Positions 1 to 11,455 of a stretch of 64,000 bases of DNA are shown one piece after another. The notes under the pieces are model-generated. The model worked only from the letters and a program-made list of their open reading frames with translations. It searched no databases and was not told the DNA's origin. The stretch covers positions 26,598,001-26,662,000 of the forward strand of contig CM060733.1 in the NCBI GenBank assembly GCA_030704615.1, given 5' to 3'. Position numbers and translations under genes: made by a program. Each line of letters starts with the position of its first letter. Within the stretch, counting starts at the first letter, position 1. This DNA is from Takakia lepidozioides (taxonomy: Eukaryota > Plantae > Bryophyta).

Positions 1-114
1 TGCAGTGGCACTCAGAAATTTCTATTCAAGGCCAAAATAATCCAACAAAGGCACCATGCTCCAAGTCCTCATACTCCTCATACTTAATTGATTGGGAAGC
101 AGTACCAACAACCA

Positions 115-787
115 TCCAGTTTCTCATCTGGTGCTTGACTATAGTGACTGTAGGGACAAGAGAGATTGTACTCATAAGACGTTGTTTGCCGTAGCCTTGT
201 GGCCATTGACCCCGCGCCCAGTTTGAGCGGGAACAAAAGGGACAGAACCTACCTCTGTCAGGGGCTGACGTTGGTAGTAAGACTTACCTTCATATATAGA
301 ATCAATCCAGGTTTTCCAGATATCCTCTAGAAATCCCTTCACACAAGCATCAATCTGCTGTGTGTGATTTGCCCAAAAACTAGGCCTCAGGAGGGCCTGG
401 GCTTTTGGCTCAGCCTCGAGACTTTCAAAGTTGGTAAACAGGGGTACAGGCACAATTCCCTTGATAGATTTGAAGAGAGCGTCTCTTTGGTGAGAGAACC
501 CCGGACAGTGTATCAGAAAATGAATACTGTCTTCAGATTGCCCACACAACGGGCAATTGCACTCTCCCTTTCCTCTCTGCTTCTGTTTGCTGTTCAAAGG
601 TAGGCTTCCTGCCCTGAGTTTAAATTTCAGTCTAGTGCCGAGATTGGGTAGACCCTTGAGGTCATCCAAGATGTCCTCCCCCATGTCACAGACTGGAAAC
701 AAGTTCAGGGAAGTTTTCAGTTTTCAGTTTTCAGTTTCCAGTTTCTCATCTGGTGCTTGACTATAGTGACTGTAGGGACAAGAGAGA
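115..787. repeat. 51-bp direct repeat (115-165 and 737-787), a target-site duplication
   Basis: TCCAGTTTCTCATCTGGTGCTTGACTATAGTGACTGTAGGGACAAGAGAGA occurs at both ends of the LINE copy 166-718. Confidence 0.9.
166..718 (-). mobile_element. LINE family A, 5'-truncated copy (ORF2 C-terminus with zinc finger plus 3' end) in CPSF30 intron 4
   Basis: ORF 172-702 has CPLC...EDSIHFLIHCP and ends [13 protein letters not shown]. It is near-identical to 61415-61970 and is flanked by a 51-bp direct repeat. Confidence 0.88.
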
Positions 788-3625
788 ATGTACTCATAAG
801 ACGTTGTTTGCCGTAGCCCTGTGGCCATTGACCCCGCAACCAGTTTGAGCGGAACACAAAGGGACATAACCTAGGGACAGAACCTACCTTGTCAGGGGCT
901 GACGCCGGTAGTAAGACTTACGTTGGAATAAACAACTGATCTGGGTTTGCCAGATATCCTCTAGAAATCCCCTCACACAAGCATCAATCTGCTGTGTGTG
1001 GTTTGCCCAATAACTAGGCCCTGAAAGGGCCTGGGCTTTTGGCTCAGCCTCGAGACTTTCAAAGTTGGTAAACAGAGGTACAGGCACAATTCCCTTGATA
1101 GATTTGAGGAGAGCGTCTCTCTGGTGAGAGAACCCCAAAATGAATCAGAAAATGAGTATTGTCTTCAGGTTGCCCACACAATGGGCAATTGCACTCTCCG
1201 TTTCCTCTCTGCTTCTGTTTGCTGTTCAAAGGTAGGCTTCCCGCCCTTAGTTTAAATGTCAGTCTAGTGCCGAGAGTGGGTAGACTCCATGATATCCTCC
1301 CCCATGTCACAGACTGGAAACAAGTTCAGGGAAGTTTTCTGCCTAACTTCCTTTCCATCAGACAATTTCCTGGCAACAGACATGGCTCTGGACACTACAG
1401 CCTCTAAATCAGATTGATTTAGCAGGGTCAAGACTTTCAGATCCTTGAGAATCTCTTCTACTCTCTTCCGCCAGGACTTAGCCTGTTTGATAGGGCGATC
1501 CTGTTCCAAGATATAGAGTCGATTAACTTAGGATATCTGATGTTGGACATATGTTGCAGCTGAGCCCACCATCTGACCTTGAATTCATCTCGTCATGAGC
1601 TTAAAGAAGGGATGCCAAACTCAACCCGAACAGCCACATTGGCTGTTTTGGAGCATGCTGACATGCACTCAAGCAGCCCCACTTGAATGGATTCTAGAGA
1701 CTTAGCCTGGTTGGAGTTATCAAACCATAGGGCAGATGCCTACTTCAAGGCAGGTCTAATAATGTGACAAAGCATGGTTTTCTTGATGTCAGAGTTGATC
1801 CCTCTGCAGTGGAAAAATTTAGTGGGACCCAGCGCTTTGCGCTTGCCAGTTTGAACAACTTTCTGAATATGTGCATCCCAAACACAGTTGGAGGAAAACT
1901 CAACACTGAGGTATGTGTAGGAAGGGAGGACCGGAATCTCTTGGCTTCCCCACTACCACTTGAGCTCACCCCCTCCCTCTCCTCGGTCGTTGAATGCCAC
2001 CACTTCACGCTCTGCAATGCAGTTGGCAAGATATTTTGCAGAGTTATAAGTACTCGTCTCGAGGTTGATCTGGAATCTAGAGGTTGTTTCCATGGAGGGC
2101 AAGCTAGCTTTCGGCGAAACAGGGGCTGTGTGCATCATATCTTCACTCTAAGCCAGATTATCCAGGGAAGGAAAATAGAAGAGAAACCCACTTTTGTTTT
2201 ATTCTTGGATGTCAAAACTGGCTTATGACATAGTGTGGAGAGACGGTCTATGGCTCCGACTCTGGTCATGTGGGATCAAGGGAAAGATGTGGAGGGTTGT
2301 CCATAATTTGTATACGCACACCAAAAGCTGTGTCACTGTTATTGGACATAAGTCTAACTTGACATAGACCAAGGTGTAGCGTAAGGATGTACCCTCTCCC
2401 CTCTGATCTTCGATGTTTCCATCAATCAACTCCTCGAGGATGTGGAAATTGAGGGATTTGGGTTAAGGGTGGGTGATGCCACCATACCAGCCCTTATGTT
2501 GCGGATGACTTCGCAGGCATAGGGGAGACTCCTTCCAATCTCCAGGAGTTGATTGATTGTGCGAAAAGATACTTTGACCTTTGGGGGCTAGAGGCTAATG
2601 TCAGTAAATGTGCATGCCTCGGTAGTTCCCCGGTTCTTCTCTGTCACCCTTCTTGTATAGATTGACAATGACCCCCTGTCGCCAGCAAAAGGGGATCATT
2701 TCAGTCCTCCAGATAAGGTTAAAGAGAAGTACAAGGGCCTCTATCATGGGATCGATACCGTGCGAGATAAGCTCGTTGACAATGCCATCAGGTCCACCAG
2801 CTTTAGGTCAGTTTAAATGCTCAATTGCATCCACAATCTCAGAAGAACTAATGGGAGCGTTGTAAGCCTTTGAAATATTCATCAGGCTGTCTTGAATCCT
2901 AGGAACATCATTTGCCCGAAGAACTTGTCCCACTTCGAGTTGTTTCCTTTGGTTAGTCAGCCCTGAGAAATTGAAAGTGCCCAGCCACAAACCAGCCCTT
3001 TGCATATGAATTGTTTGTCGTCTAGGTAGCCTATGGTTGCTCCTGGACGGCCAACCGATCTGCAAAGGGGGGACAATTATCCCATGTGTAGATTTTGCTC
3101 GTCTTGTTGAACTTTAAGGATTGGTAAACCATTCAGAGTACCAAATCCTTCAGTTACACGACGCTCAGGCTCAGCACACTTAGGGTCAGTTTGTCTGTCT
3201 GCCTGCTTGGAATCAACCTCATGCAGTGCATCAAACCGGTTAGAAACTTTCAAGTTGAAGTCCCTGCCCTTGGTTGTCTTCCTAGAACGCCTCATTGGAT
3301 CACCAAAGTCTAAGACCGCTCTCCAGCCAGTCAAGGGATGAACTTCTTTGAGATTGAATTGATGTGAGACTCTATTAGTGGCATTTTTGGGCAATGCAAC
3401 CTTCAAAGTACCTCTGTTATCAAGTCTCGAGATGGAACCATTAGCCATATAATCCAAGCCTAAGCTGGAACATGTAGTTTTAAAGGACACATCATCCATC
3501 CTGGGATTCACCCCAAAAACCACACATGAAGCCCTAGATTTGGCATAAGTAACCAATTCCCAGGAATCACCCTGGGGAGTGTTATTATTGCATTGGTAGA
3601 ATTCGAAGGCTATGAGTTTAAGCAC
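788..3625 (-). mobile_element. LINE family A, long decayed copy (putative ORF1, endonuclease N-terminus, RT with internal inversion, C-terminal zinc finger); RTE/RTEX-like
   Basis: Shows LGTFNFSGL (APE endonuclease start) and KAGGPDGI...PGNYRG. The RT core FRRNRGCVHHIF...FLDVK...ADDFA lies on + at 2005-2614. It ends in the same 3' terminus as the other copies. The clade assignment is inference. Confidence 0.85.
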
Positions 3626-3681
3626 AAGAGAGACAAGAGAGTTTAAGGGACACGGGAGAGAGAGCTGGAGGCATTAGTTAC

Positions 3682-6600
3682 CTTCAGCCACTTGAGGCGA
3701 AAGTTGCGACCATAATGTGCAGTACCATGTGCATACTTCCATCCTCCACCCCCCACGATGCCGCCTATCTTGGACATCATCCTGGCACAACCCTAAGATA
3801 GTTTCAACCCATGTCAACCTGTCAATGAGTCAACTCGACACCCACAAAACATGCTCAATCTGCAGTCTATATACCCCAGTATCATCCCCCACCACCACAT
3901 TAACAGATCAAGCTGATCAAGGTAATTGAAAGACATATTGTAGGTGGATGCATATATGAGAATGGTCAGCGTGCTTTAATGAATGCACCACACTCAAAGA
4001 GGTTCTTCTAAGTTCGATATCCCCCTTGATTCTACCACTTCCAAGTCCTTTGCTCAGACAAGGGTTACTGGGATGGCTGGATGCTTCCGAAATTTTAAGT
4101 AGTACAGACAAGAAATTTCATAGTGAGGAGGGAACCTTCAGGTACCTGGAAGTGACGGGTCTCATTGACTGAGAAAACAAGGATGACATGGTCACATGTG
4201 TCAAAAGCCTCGTTGAGTTTGGCCTCGTTGTTGCGATGTGTAGCCCAAAGCGACCGTTCCACTGACAACTCCAGGTTCTCCCTGTTACTGCTTTTCACTA
4301 TAAAGTATCTGTAATCCCAGACACCACACAATTCGATATCATAGTGCACATCCACCCATATAGACCATAGCACATGGAATAAAACACATTGTGGTGGACA
4401 CCAAGAAGAAAACATTAAATATGATGGCCATTCATTAGACATACAACAAAACTTGTGTGCTCCTCTACTTCTGCCATCCCTCCCTACTGTTAGGCTTCTG
4501 TGTTTTTCCATCTGCTAGTCTCTCTTGTTCTCTTCCGCCATTCTTCTATGTTTTATCTTGTTTTTATGTATGGCTATCCACCTTTTAAACAGAAGGAATA
4601 GCCCTTCGGGCTGGAGTACTAACACCACATGTTAAGTTTGCTTCGGCAATATTGTTTATTTATTTATTTAATTTATAGCTGCATGACTTGTATCTTAAAC
4701 AGGAAAATCGTTGTCGAAAGAACCCAAAGAAAAACTTTCATACCATATTGAGATGCGATCAAATTTATCATCAATTCTCAATAAATTAGTATTATGCTTC
4801 AAATATAGGTGACATTTGGAAGCAATTGTCTTTTAATACCAAATTTCACTATTTGAGCGTTGTTTATTGGTGTCCCTTGGGCCCTCCGGGTTTCTAGTGG
4901 ATATCATAGCTTGAAGGAAACACCAGCCTCTACAGTGGAATAAAGTATCTGTAATCCCAGACATAACACTTCTCAATCATTCTCCTCGGCTCCACTAGCT
5001 TGAAGGAAAACACCGGCCTATACTATGGAATGAGCTTTGGGTTACCACAGGCACATTTGACGCCCTACATTAGTAAACCTTCAGTCCATTTTTGCAGAAT
5101 TGTTAGTGTAACGCAACTCTGGGGACCAGTCTTATGACTGGATGAAGACAGCTGTTTTTCTAACAGACAAACATAATTTCCACAGGTATCTCTGAGAAAC
5201 AGAAATGTGTAAGTGCCTTACAACTGCACAAATAGGACAGAAAGAGAATATCTTAGCACACACCGTTTGTCCCTAGCCCACAACAAAGTCCCACTTACTG
5301 CAGTATGTAGAGCGGCACAAGGGAGAAGTACTAACTATGGGTGACAGGAACTGACCTACAAAAGCCATGTGGGAGAGGCACTGCGGCTGATGCAAACGGT
5401 TGTGGATTAGGTGGACCATTAGCCAAAGCATGGGGTGGAGGTAGCTGTAGGGGCTGCTGCTGTGCCAGGGGCTGCACTGCACGTGGCAGCTGAGCCTCCT
5501 CTACCGGGCCCCGACCTCCTCCTGGGGGTGGCGCTTCCAGGGCACGGGGAGGTTGAAACTTGCCATGGTGTGTCCCATTGTTGACAGCATAGACCCGGTG
5601 CTGCAACTTTTGCAAATTCTGTTCTACTGATGGTGGTGGACCTGGTAGCTTCTGATGCCGATATCGGCAATCAGGCCCATTGGGGCAGAACCCCAGTTTG
5701 TACCTGTCACATTCAACACTCAAGAAGCCTTCAGCGTATATCATATATCAATGTGAGAGCCTAGTAAACTCTCAACTAACAGAGGTAATCAAAGATGAAA
5801 AGATAGGGCTCCACATCCAAGAATAAGGTTGGCTTGCCATAGCCTTACGGCCATTGACCAAGTGGGAAACTAACCCTCCGGGCGCCTTTTTTGGCGTTCG
5901 CACCCACCAGGATTTAGCTTATCCCCGCAGCCCAGCTACAGGTATGAACTTATTTCCCGCAACTGCCATTAAGGCGCTTAGAGAGGCACTTGTCCACATG
6001 CAAACTCAACAGCCCAGTTGCAGAATTACTGAGTTTAGTTCTATAGTCCTGCAGAGAATGTACTCATAAGACTTTATTTGCCGTACCATTGCGGCATAGC
6101 ACACCCAGTTTGGACAGAAACATAGGCTACCTTGTGGGGGGCTCACTCCAAAAGTGTGACCTACCTTTATATATACAATTAGCTTTCCAGATATCCGCTA
6201 GAAAGCCCTTCACACAAGCATCAATCTGCTGTGTGTGAGCAGCCCAAAAGTTAGACCCCAACAGGACCAGGGCTTTAGGCTCAGCCTCGAGACTTTGAGA
6301 TTTTTTTGAACAGAGGTCTCTCTGGTGAGAATACCCCACTCAATGTATCAGAAAAATGGATATTGTCTCCAGGTTGCCCGCACATCAGGCAATACAATCT
6401 CCTTTTCTTCCAGAGACAGAGACAGAGACAGAGAATATCTAACATAACCAGCACATATCCTAACATAAACCTTCTGATAGGTTGCTTAATCATACTCCCA
6501 ACAAAGACAAACACTCCACCATGTACTTAACCCACCATATTCCAGCTCAATCCACTCCCGCGATAGAGAAGATCATGCTCTTGTGTCATGCAACAACATC

Positions 6601-7141
6601 CAATTGAACTGCGGGGAAGTTTACTAGAAAAAGTGTGCACAATCATGCCTCTCGAAGTAATGTTCCACATGAAACCGTACTGTCTGAGGGCAGTGCTACA
6701 GTGCCTTGTAAATTATGAAAGGAAACGAGGACAAGAGGAAGAAGAGAACAGAGACATCGATAGTATGAGAGATGAGGGGGAGGGACCGTACATGTTACAC
6801 TCCTTGATGTCTTCGTTTGTGTGCTTATAGATGCAGTCGGGCTCACGGCACTCGCCAAACTTCGCAAAGAAGCGACAAACAGGCATGCGCGCCTTGTCAT
6901 ACTGATGTAAGAAACCGCACGCATCACCCTTCATACATAGTCCGCGCAGCCAATGACGGCACACTGTCTGACGGTAATTCTTGCGCGCCTGCGAGCTCTT
7001 GGACGCCACAAACGCTGCTGCTGTCGGGGCACTTGTGCTCGGAACGGAAGCCTGTGGCGGTGCAGATGCAGCATTGGCAGGGGCTGCTGCATCTAAGCCC
7101 CCTTCAAAATCAAAGCTAAGGCCCCCATCCGCATCCTCCAT
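3682..7141 (-). CDS. CPSF30: CPSF30-L: CCCH zinc-finger plus YTH-domain polyadenylation factor. 5' part only; the gene continues past the left window edge.
   Basis: Exons 7141-6792 (MEDADGGLSFDFEGG...QTVCRHWLRGLCMKGDACGFLHQYDKARMPVCRFF...ECN), 5703-5356 (YKLGFCPNGPDCRYRH), 4308-4146 (RYFIVKSSNRENLELSV...VILVFSVNETRHFQ, YTH) and 3792-3682 (GCARMMSKIGG...GRNFRLKWLK). Boundaries are GT-AG and in phase. Confidence 0.93.
5830..6400 (-). mobile_element. LINE 3' fragments in CPSF30 intron 1: family A at 6058-6400 and a diverged relative at ~5830-6050
   Basis: Residual CLMCGQPGDNIHF...EAEPKA...QQIDACVKGFL peptide. The second piece ends GGTCAATGGCCGTAAGGCTATGGCAA. Confidence 0.75.
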
Positions 7142-7260
7142 GAAGCTCTGACTTCGAGCAGCAGTGAGACTCAAGGCTACTCGATCCAGCTATCCCAGCC
7201 TTCACGACCCTGCCAGGCTCACACTATGCCTTACCTCAGCTCAATCACGCTCTCCCCTCC

Positions 7261-7268
7261 AACCCTAA

Positions 7269-7302
<34 letters not shown>
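7261..7302. promoter_or_regulatory. Telo-box-like AACCCTAA plus (CT)n tract upstream of CPSF30
   Basis: AACCCTAA at 7261-7268 is followed by a CT microsatellite, about 120 bp before the CPSF30 ATG. Confidence 0.4.
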
Positions 7303-7305
<3 letters not shown>

Positions 7306-7979
7306 TGCTCAAGCCCTAATTCCTCTGTCGCTCAAGCTCGCGTGCAAACAGACCTCAGCTTGCTTCCCAACAAGTCCAGTAAATTAAATACCATCTATTC
7401 CTGGATGGATAGGAGACCACGCAAATCATCCATGTGCTCATCGATCGTTGGATGATAGATATGGTGAATACTTCGAGCCTAGAGGGATTTCCCTGGTCGA
7501 GCTCGTAGCAGACACTGATGCTTTGTCTACTGTCTAAGTGCTTTCTGAACAAGATGAAGCGTATACATCTCTACTGAGGAGACCCCATGCCCCAGTATTC
7601 GCAGTTTGTATCCTGCAATGGGCTTCTTGAGACGAATCTGCAGTGTTGGGTACGTCCCGCTTTCATCTCCTTCGACAGTCAACAGATCTAACAACCTGTA
7701 AATTTTTAGTAAAGCTGGTTCACAGCAATTCTACGGGAGGGCCACAAGGGTAGATTCTCTAGAAGGCAAAGTGTCAGTTGCAGTGTGTCATTTGGTCATT
7801 TTCTTTTCGGTCGACTTCCTGGTGTCCTTTCAGCAAGATGCTGTGTTCATGGGGAGGGCTAGAGAACTAAATTGGCACTTGAGAATGTTCTCGGAAAGCT
7901 CAAAGAACTTATGAGACAAGCAAAAAGAGTGTGGGTCCCACCACATGCAGCGCAGAAGCAGCTGTGCTCAAGGGATTGT

Positions 7980-8330
7980 CTAATAAGAGTCAATGCCTAA
8001 TGCAGGGAAGCTGCCAAACGTTTTTGATCCTCGAAATTGGATATCACGGAATAGACAATTGAATCTCACATGGATCGCTGATTTCCCTGTTGTTCCCAGC
8101 GACAGCGGGGCATAGGCGGGGTCCTCACATAAGACAGAAGAAACAAAATGGTACTTAAAAAAATCCACGGAAAGCTCAAGGAGCTTACCGTATGTGACGA
8201 GAGAGAGCATGAAACAAGAAATTAAATCGAAACGAAATGATATCCGCGGAAAGCTCAAAGAGCTTATGGACAAAAAGGGAAAACACACACACAAGAGAGA
8301 CAAAACCAAGACATTGATTAGTTGGATGCT
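7980..8330 (-). mobile_element. LINE family B 3'-end fragments
   Basis: TGTCCATAAGCTCTTTGAGCTTTCCGCGGATATCATTTC terminus and an RFNCLF...EDQK remnant, matching the element at 62580-63310. Confidence 0.65.
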
Positions 8331-8849
8331 TATCATGCGGGGCTGTGAGATTTCAAGCATGGAATCAGACCTATTTGGCTGTTGGGCATCAAATCCGGGG
8401 CACGGGTATCACTCTTGCCACATCCACCATCACCACTTTGTTGTTGTAACCCTGCAAAGCTTTTATTTACAAACCGAATGATCATCCCATCCAACTGCCT
8501 GAATGACATCAGACAAAGAAATGGGTGTGACATCAGGAAGAGCAGGAAGATGAGACGAAGCCATGCCAGCTACAGTAGCCCGATGCAAGATGGACATAGC
8601 CTGTGCCCTCTGTAGTGTTACAGAAACCGTTGTCTATAAAAAGCTACGAAGACAGAAGCATGGGGAATGCCATTGATCTTGTTCTTAGCAGCATGATGAG
8701 CACAAGTACGAAGAAAGTCGTCGAACTGACGATGAAGACTCTAAAAATCTCCACAACGCATGTGGGATGACGGTCTTATACTCTCGTTGCTTGGTCTTGC
8801 AGCAATCAAAGCGGCAGTGCCTTGGGAAGAGGCCGAGCGAGAAAGTAAG

Positions 8850-11455
8850 TGGGATCGAGTGGGATATACCTATGCTTCTCCATTACAGGCTTATGCGAAC
8901 TCGAATGCCCTGGCAGATGGTAAGGAGGTCCATGCTCACCTCATCAAAACTGGAATGAAGCCACATATATTTCTGGGAAACACGCTTGTCAGCATGTATG
9001 TGAAGTGCGGGAGTGTTAAGGATGCGCGCCAAGTTTTTGACAAAATGCCTAAACGGAATGTGATCTCATGGACAGCGATGATTGCAGGACTTGCTCAGGA
9101 AGGGAATAGCACAGAGGCATTTGAACTCTTTTGGCAACTGCAACGAGAAGGCGTGAAGGCTGACAAAGTCACTTTCATGACCGTTCTCAAGGCGCGTGTC
9201 AGCCCAACTTCTCTGTACTAGGGCAAGCGTCTCCATGCCGGCATCACCAAAGCTGGATTCGACTCAGATGTCGGGGTGGGGCCATGTAATGCAAGTGCAG
9301 CAGTGTGGCGGATGCGCGTCAAGTGTTTCACAAAATGCCTAAGCGAGACATGGTCTTATGGACTTCAATGGTTGCAGGATTTGCTCAGCATGGTCAACCT
9401 CTCGAGCAACAGAGGCGACGGCGTCCCGCACAACATCTTGGGTCGCTGTAAGATCTCCTCCACATGGACAACGAGGGTTGGTGACAAACACAACGCTGTA
9501 AGCTAAGCACAGAAGGATGTGGTAAGCCAAGACGAATGCGGAGAGCCGTGGCAAAGATTGGAGACAACAAGCGAAACGGTGTGATAGTGGGTCTTGCGAT
9601 AAGCCACGCACCCGCCCCTAGTCCCGCGCAAGATAAGAGCCTAGCACGATGCACATCAGAAGATGCACATCAGAAGATGCATCAGAAAGCATGCTAGAAA
9701 AGGTTTGTTGGTGCACGCGATCCACGATGGTCTCCTGGAGATGGTCCAAGCCCTAAGTAACCAGCTGGTCAAATGGCGGAAGGCAAGCCCGCACTGATGG
9801 ATGAAGAAGGTTCCGTGCAGATCGGAGATGTTGTTGGAATGAGAGTGAACCGTTATCCACGTGAGCAATGCTATCCATGAGTAGGGGCCGCTGGTCACAT
9901 AGAAATCGGGACGCAAGGGCTGGAGCAACAAGAGCCCAACTGCCGAGGAAAGCACAAGGAGCAGAGGTGGTAGTGGAGAGTAGACCCACTCCGCCAACAG
10001 ACAAAGGTAAGGTGGCTTGTTGCCGAGGTAAATCCCCTTGGGAACCATCCACAGCACCGGGCCCAGTAAACGACCAAAAACTCCCATAATGTGAGCATCA
10101 AACTGCGACAGGGACAGAAGGAATTCAGCGGTAGGTGGAAAAGACCGTAAAAGGTACGATGGTCGTTGAATGAAACACCTTGTGAGAATACCATAGGTGA
10201 CCTGTAGATCCCAAGCTTAGGAAGGAGCTCATAATGGGAGATGTCCTCTTGAAGTGTGTCTTCCAGGAAAGTTGAAGTGAATGAGGTGGTGCCAAAAGGA
10301 ACGCCCAAGATCAGTCGTCAGATGGTGGTGTGAGAAAATGGGCAGGTGGCGAAAAGCCAGATGGTAAACCGGATGGAGACCACACAACACACTTCCCATG
10401 GAGACCCAAGACAAGTAGCAAAGGGGGAGTCTGACACTAGTGGGGAATTGAGCACATTGTGCAAGGAAAGTGGGCTGAAGCAGCCAGTGCATTCTGGATC
10501 TTATGGAGCAAAGATTTTTTTCGAGTATATTCGAACTATTTCGGCAGATGCAAATACAAGGGATTAAGCCTGACAAGGTCACGTTCATTAGTGTTCTCAA
10601 CGCATGCGCAACCCTAGCAGCCCTGGAAGAAGGCAAGTGGGTTCATGCCGACATAATCAAGTGTGGATTTCAGTCGGATGTCTCCGTGGGGTGTGCCCTT
10701 ATTGACATGTATGCCAAGGGCGGGAGTGTAGAGAATGCACCGAGAGTGTTTGACAAAATTCTCAACGTGGTCTCTTGGAATGCGATGATTTTAGCATATG
10801 CCCAGCATGGGCATATTGAGGAGGCTCTCCAACTGTTGGAGCAGATGCGATTGGAAGGCATGACGCCAACGAGGTCACATTCATTGGTGTGATCTCTGCA
10901 CGTAGCCGCATGGGCTTAGTAGATGAAGGTGGTCAGTACTTCCGTTCCATGAGAGAGTATGGAAAGCACTATGGGTGCATGGTTGACCTTCTCGGCCGTG
11001 CAGAGCGCTTGGATGAAGCAGAGGATTTTATCGACAAAATGCCATTCAAGCCAGGTGCTCAGGTCTATGCTGCAGCTGGCAGGTGTGACGAAGTAGCAAA
11101 GGTCAGAAAGGCTATGGAAGAGAGAGGGGTGAAAAAGGAGCCAGGGCAATGGTTGATAATAGAGTACATACATTTTTTGTGGAAGATAGATCCCACCCTA
11201 GAGAATTTGACCCTCCAGATAAAGGCGGCAGGATATGTTCTGACACACGGTATGTCTTGCTTGATACAGATCAGCAGACGAAGGAACAAGCACTCTGCCA
11301 CCTCAGTGAGAAGCTGGCCATTGCTTTTGGCCTCATCAGTACTCCCCCTGGAACGCGTATCTGCATAATCAAGAACCTTCGGAAACTGTTGCCAGAGATG
11401 CCAACCGCTTTCATCACTTAAAAATGGGGGGTGTTCATGTGGAGACTATTGGTGA
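8850..11455 (+). pseudogene. PLS-class DYW pentatricopeptide-repeat (RNA-editing factor) pseudogene, interrupted by a retrotransposon
   Basis: PPR motifs (GNTLVSMYVKCGSVKDARQVFDKMPKRNVISWTAMIAG), E domain (HYGCMVDLLGRA, VKKEPG), [17 protein letters not shown] and terminal CSCGDYW* at 11455. Carries several frameshifts, stops and deletions. Confidence 0.9.
9398..10500 (-). mobile_element. CRE-like (restriction-like-endonuclease class) non-LTR retrotransposon fragment
   Basis: KCVVWSPSGLP...ILGVPFG (RT end), QATLPLSVGGVGLLS...AFLGSWALVAP, FATALRIRLGLPHP...RCVC, and QDVVRDAVASVARE (HD..RD-like motif preceding RLE). Frameshifted. Confidence 0.7.

Noticed and set aside
166-215. Hammerhead ribozyme in the family A tail (CTTATGAG resembles CTGATGAG)
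   Set aside because: The core is not CUGANGA in the copies, and there is no properly placed GAAA or stem II.
3665-3760. HDV-like ribozyme at the LINE 5' end (CTAAT motif, short stems)
   Set aside because: The sequence is CPSF30 exon 4 and its donor site, and no consistent P1-P4 fold was found.
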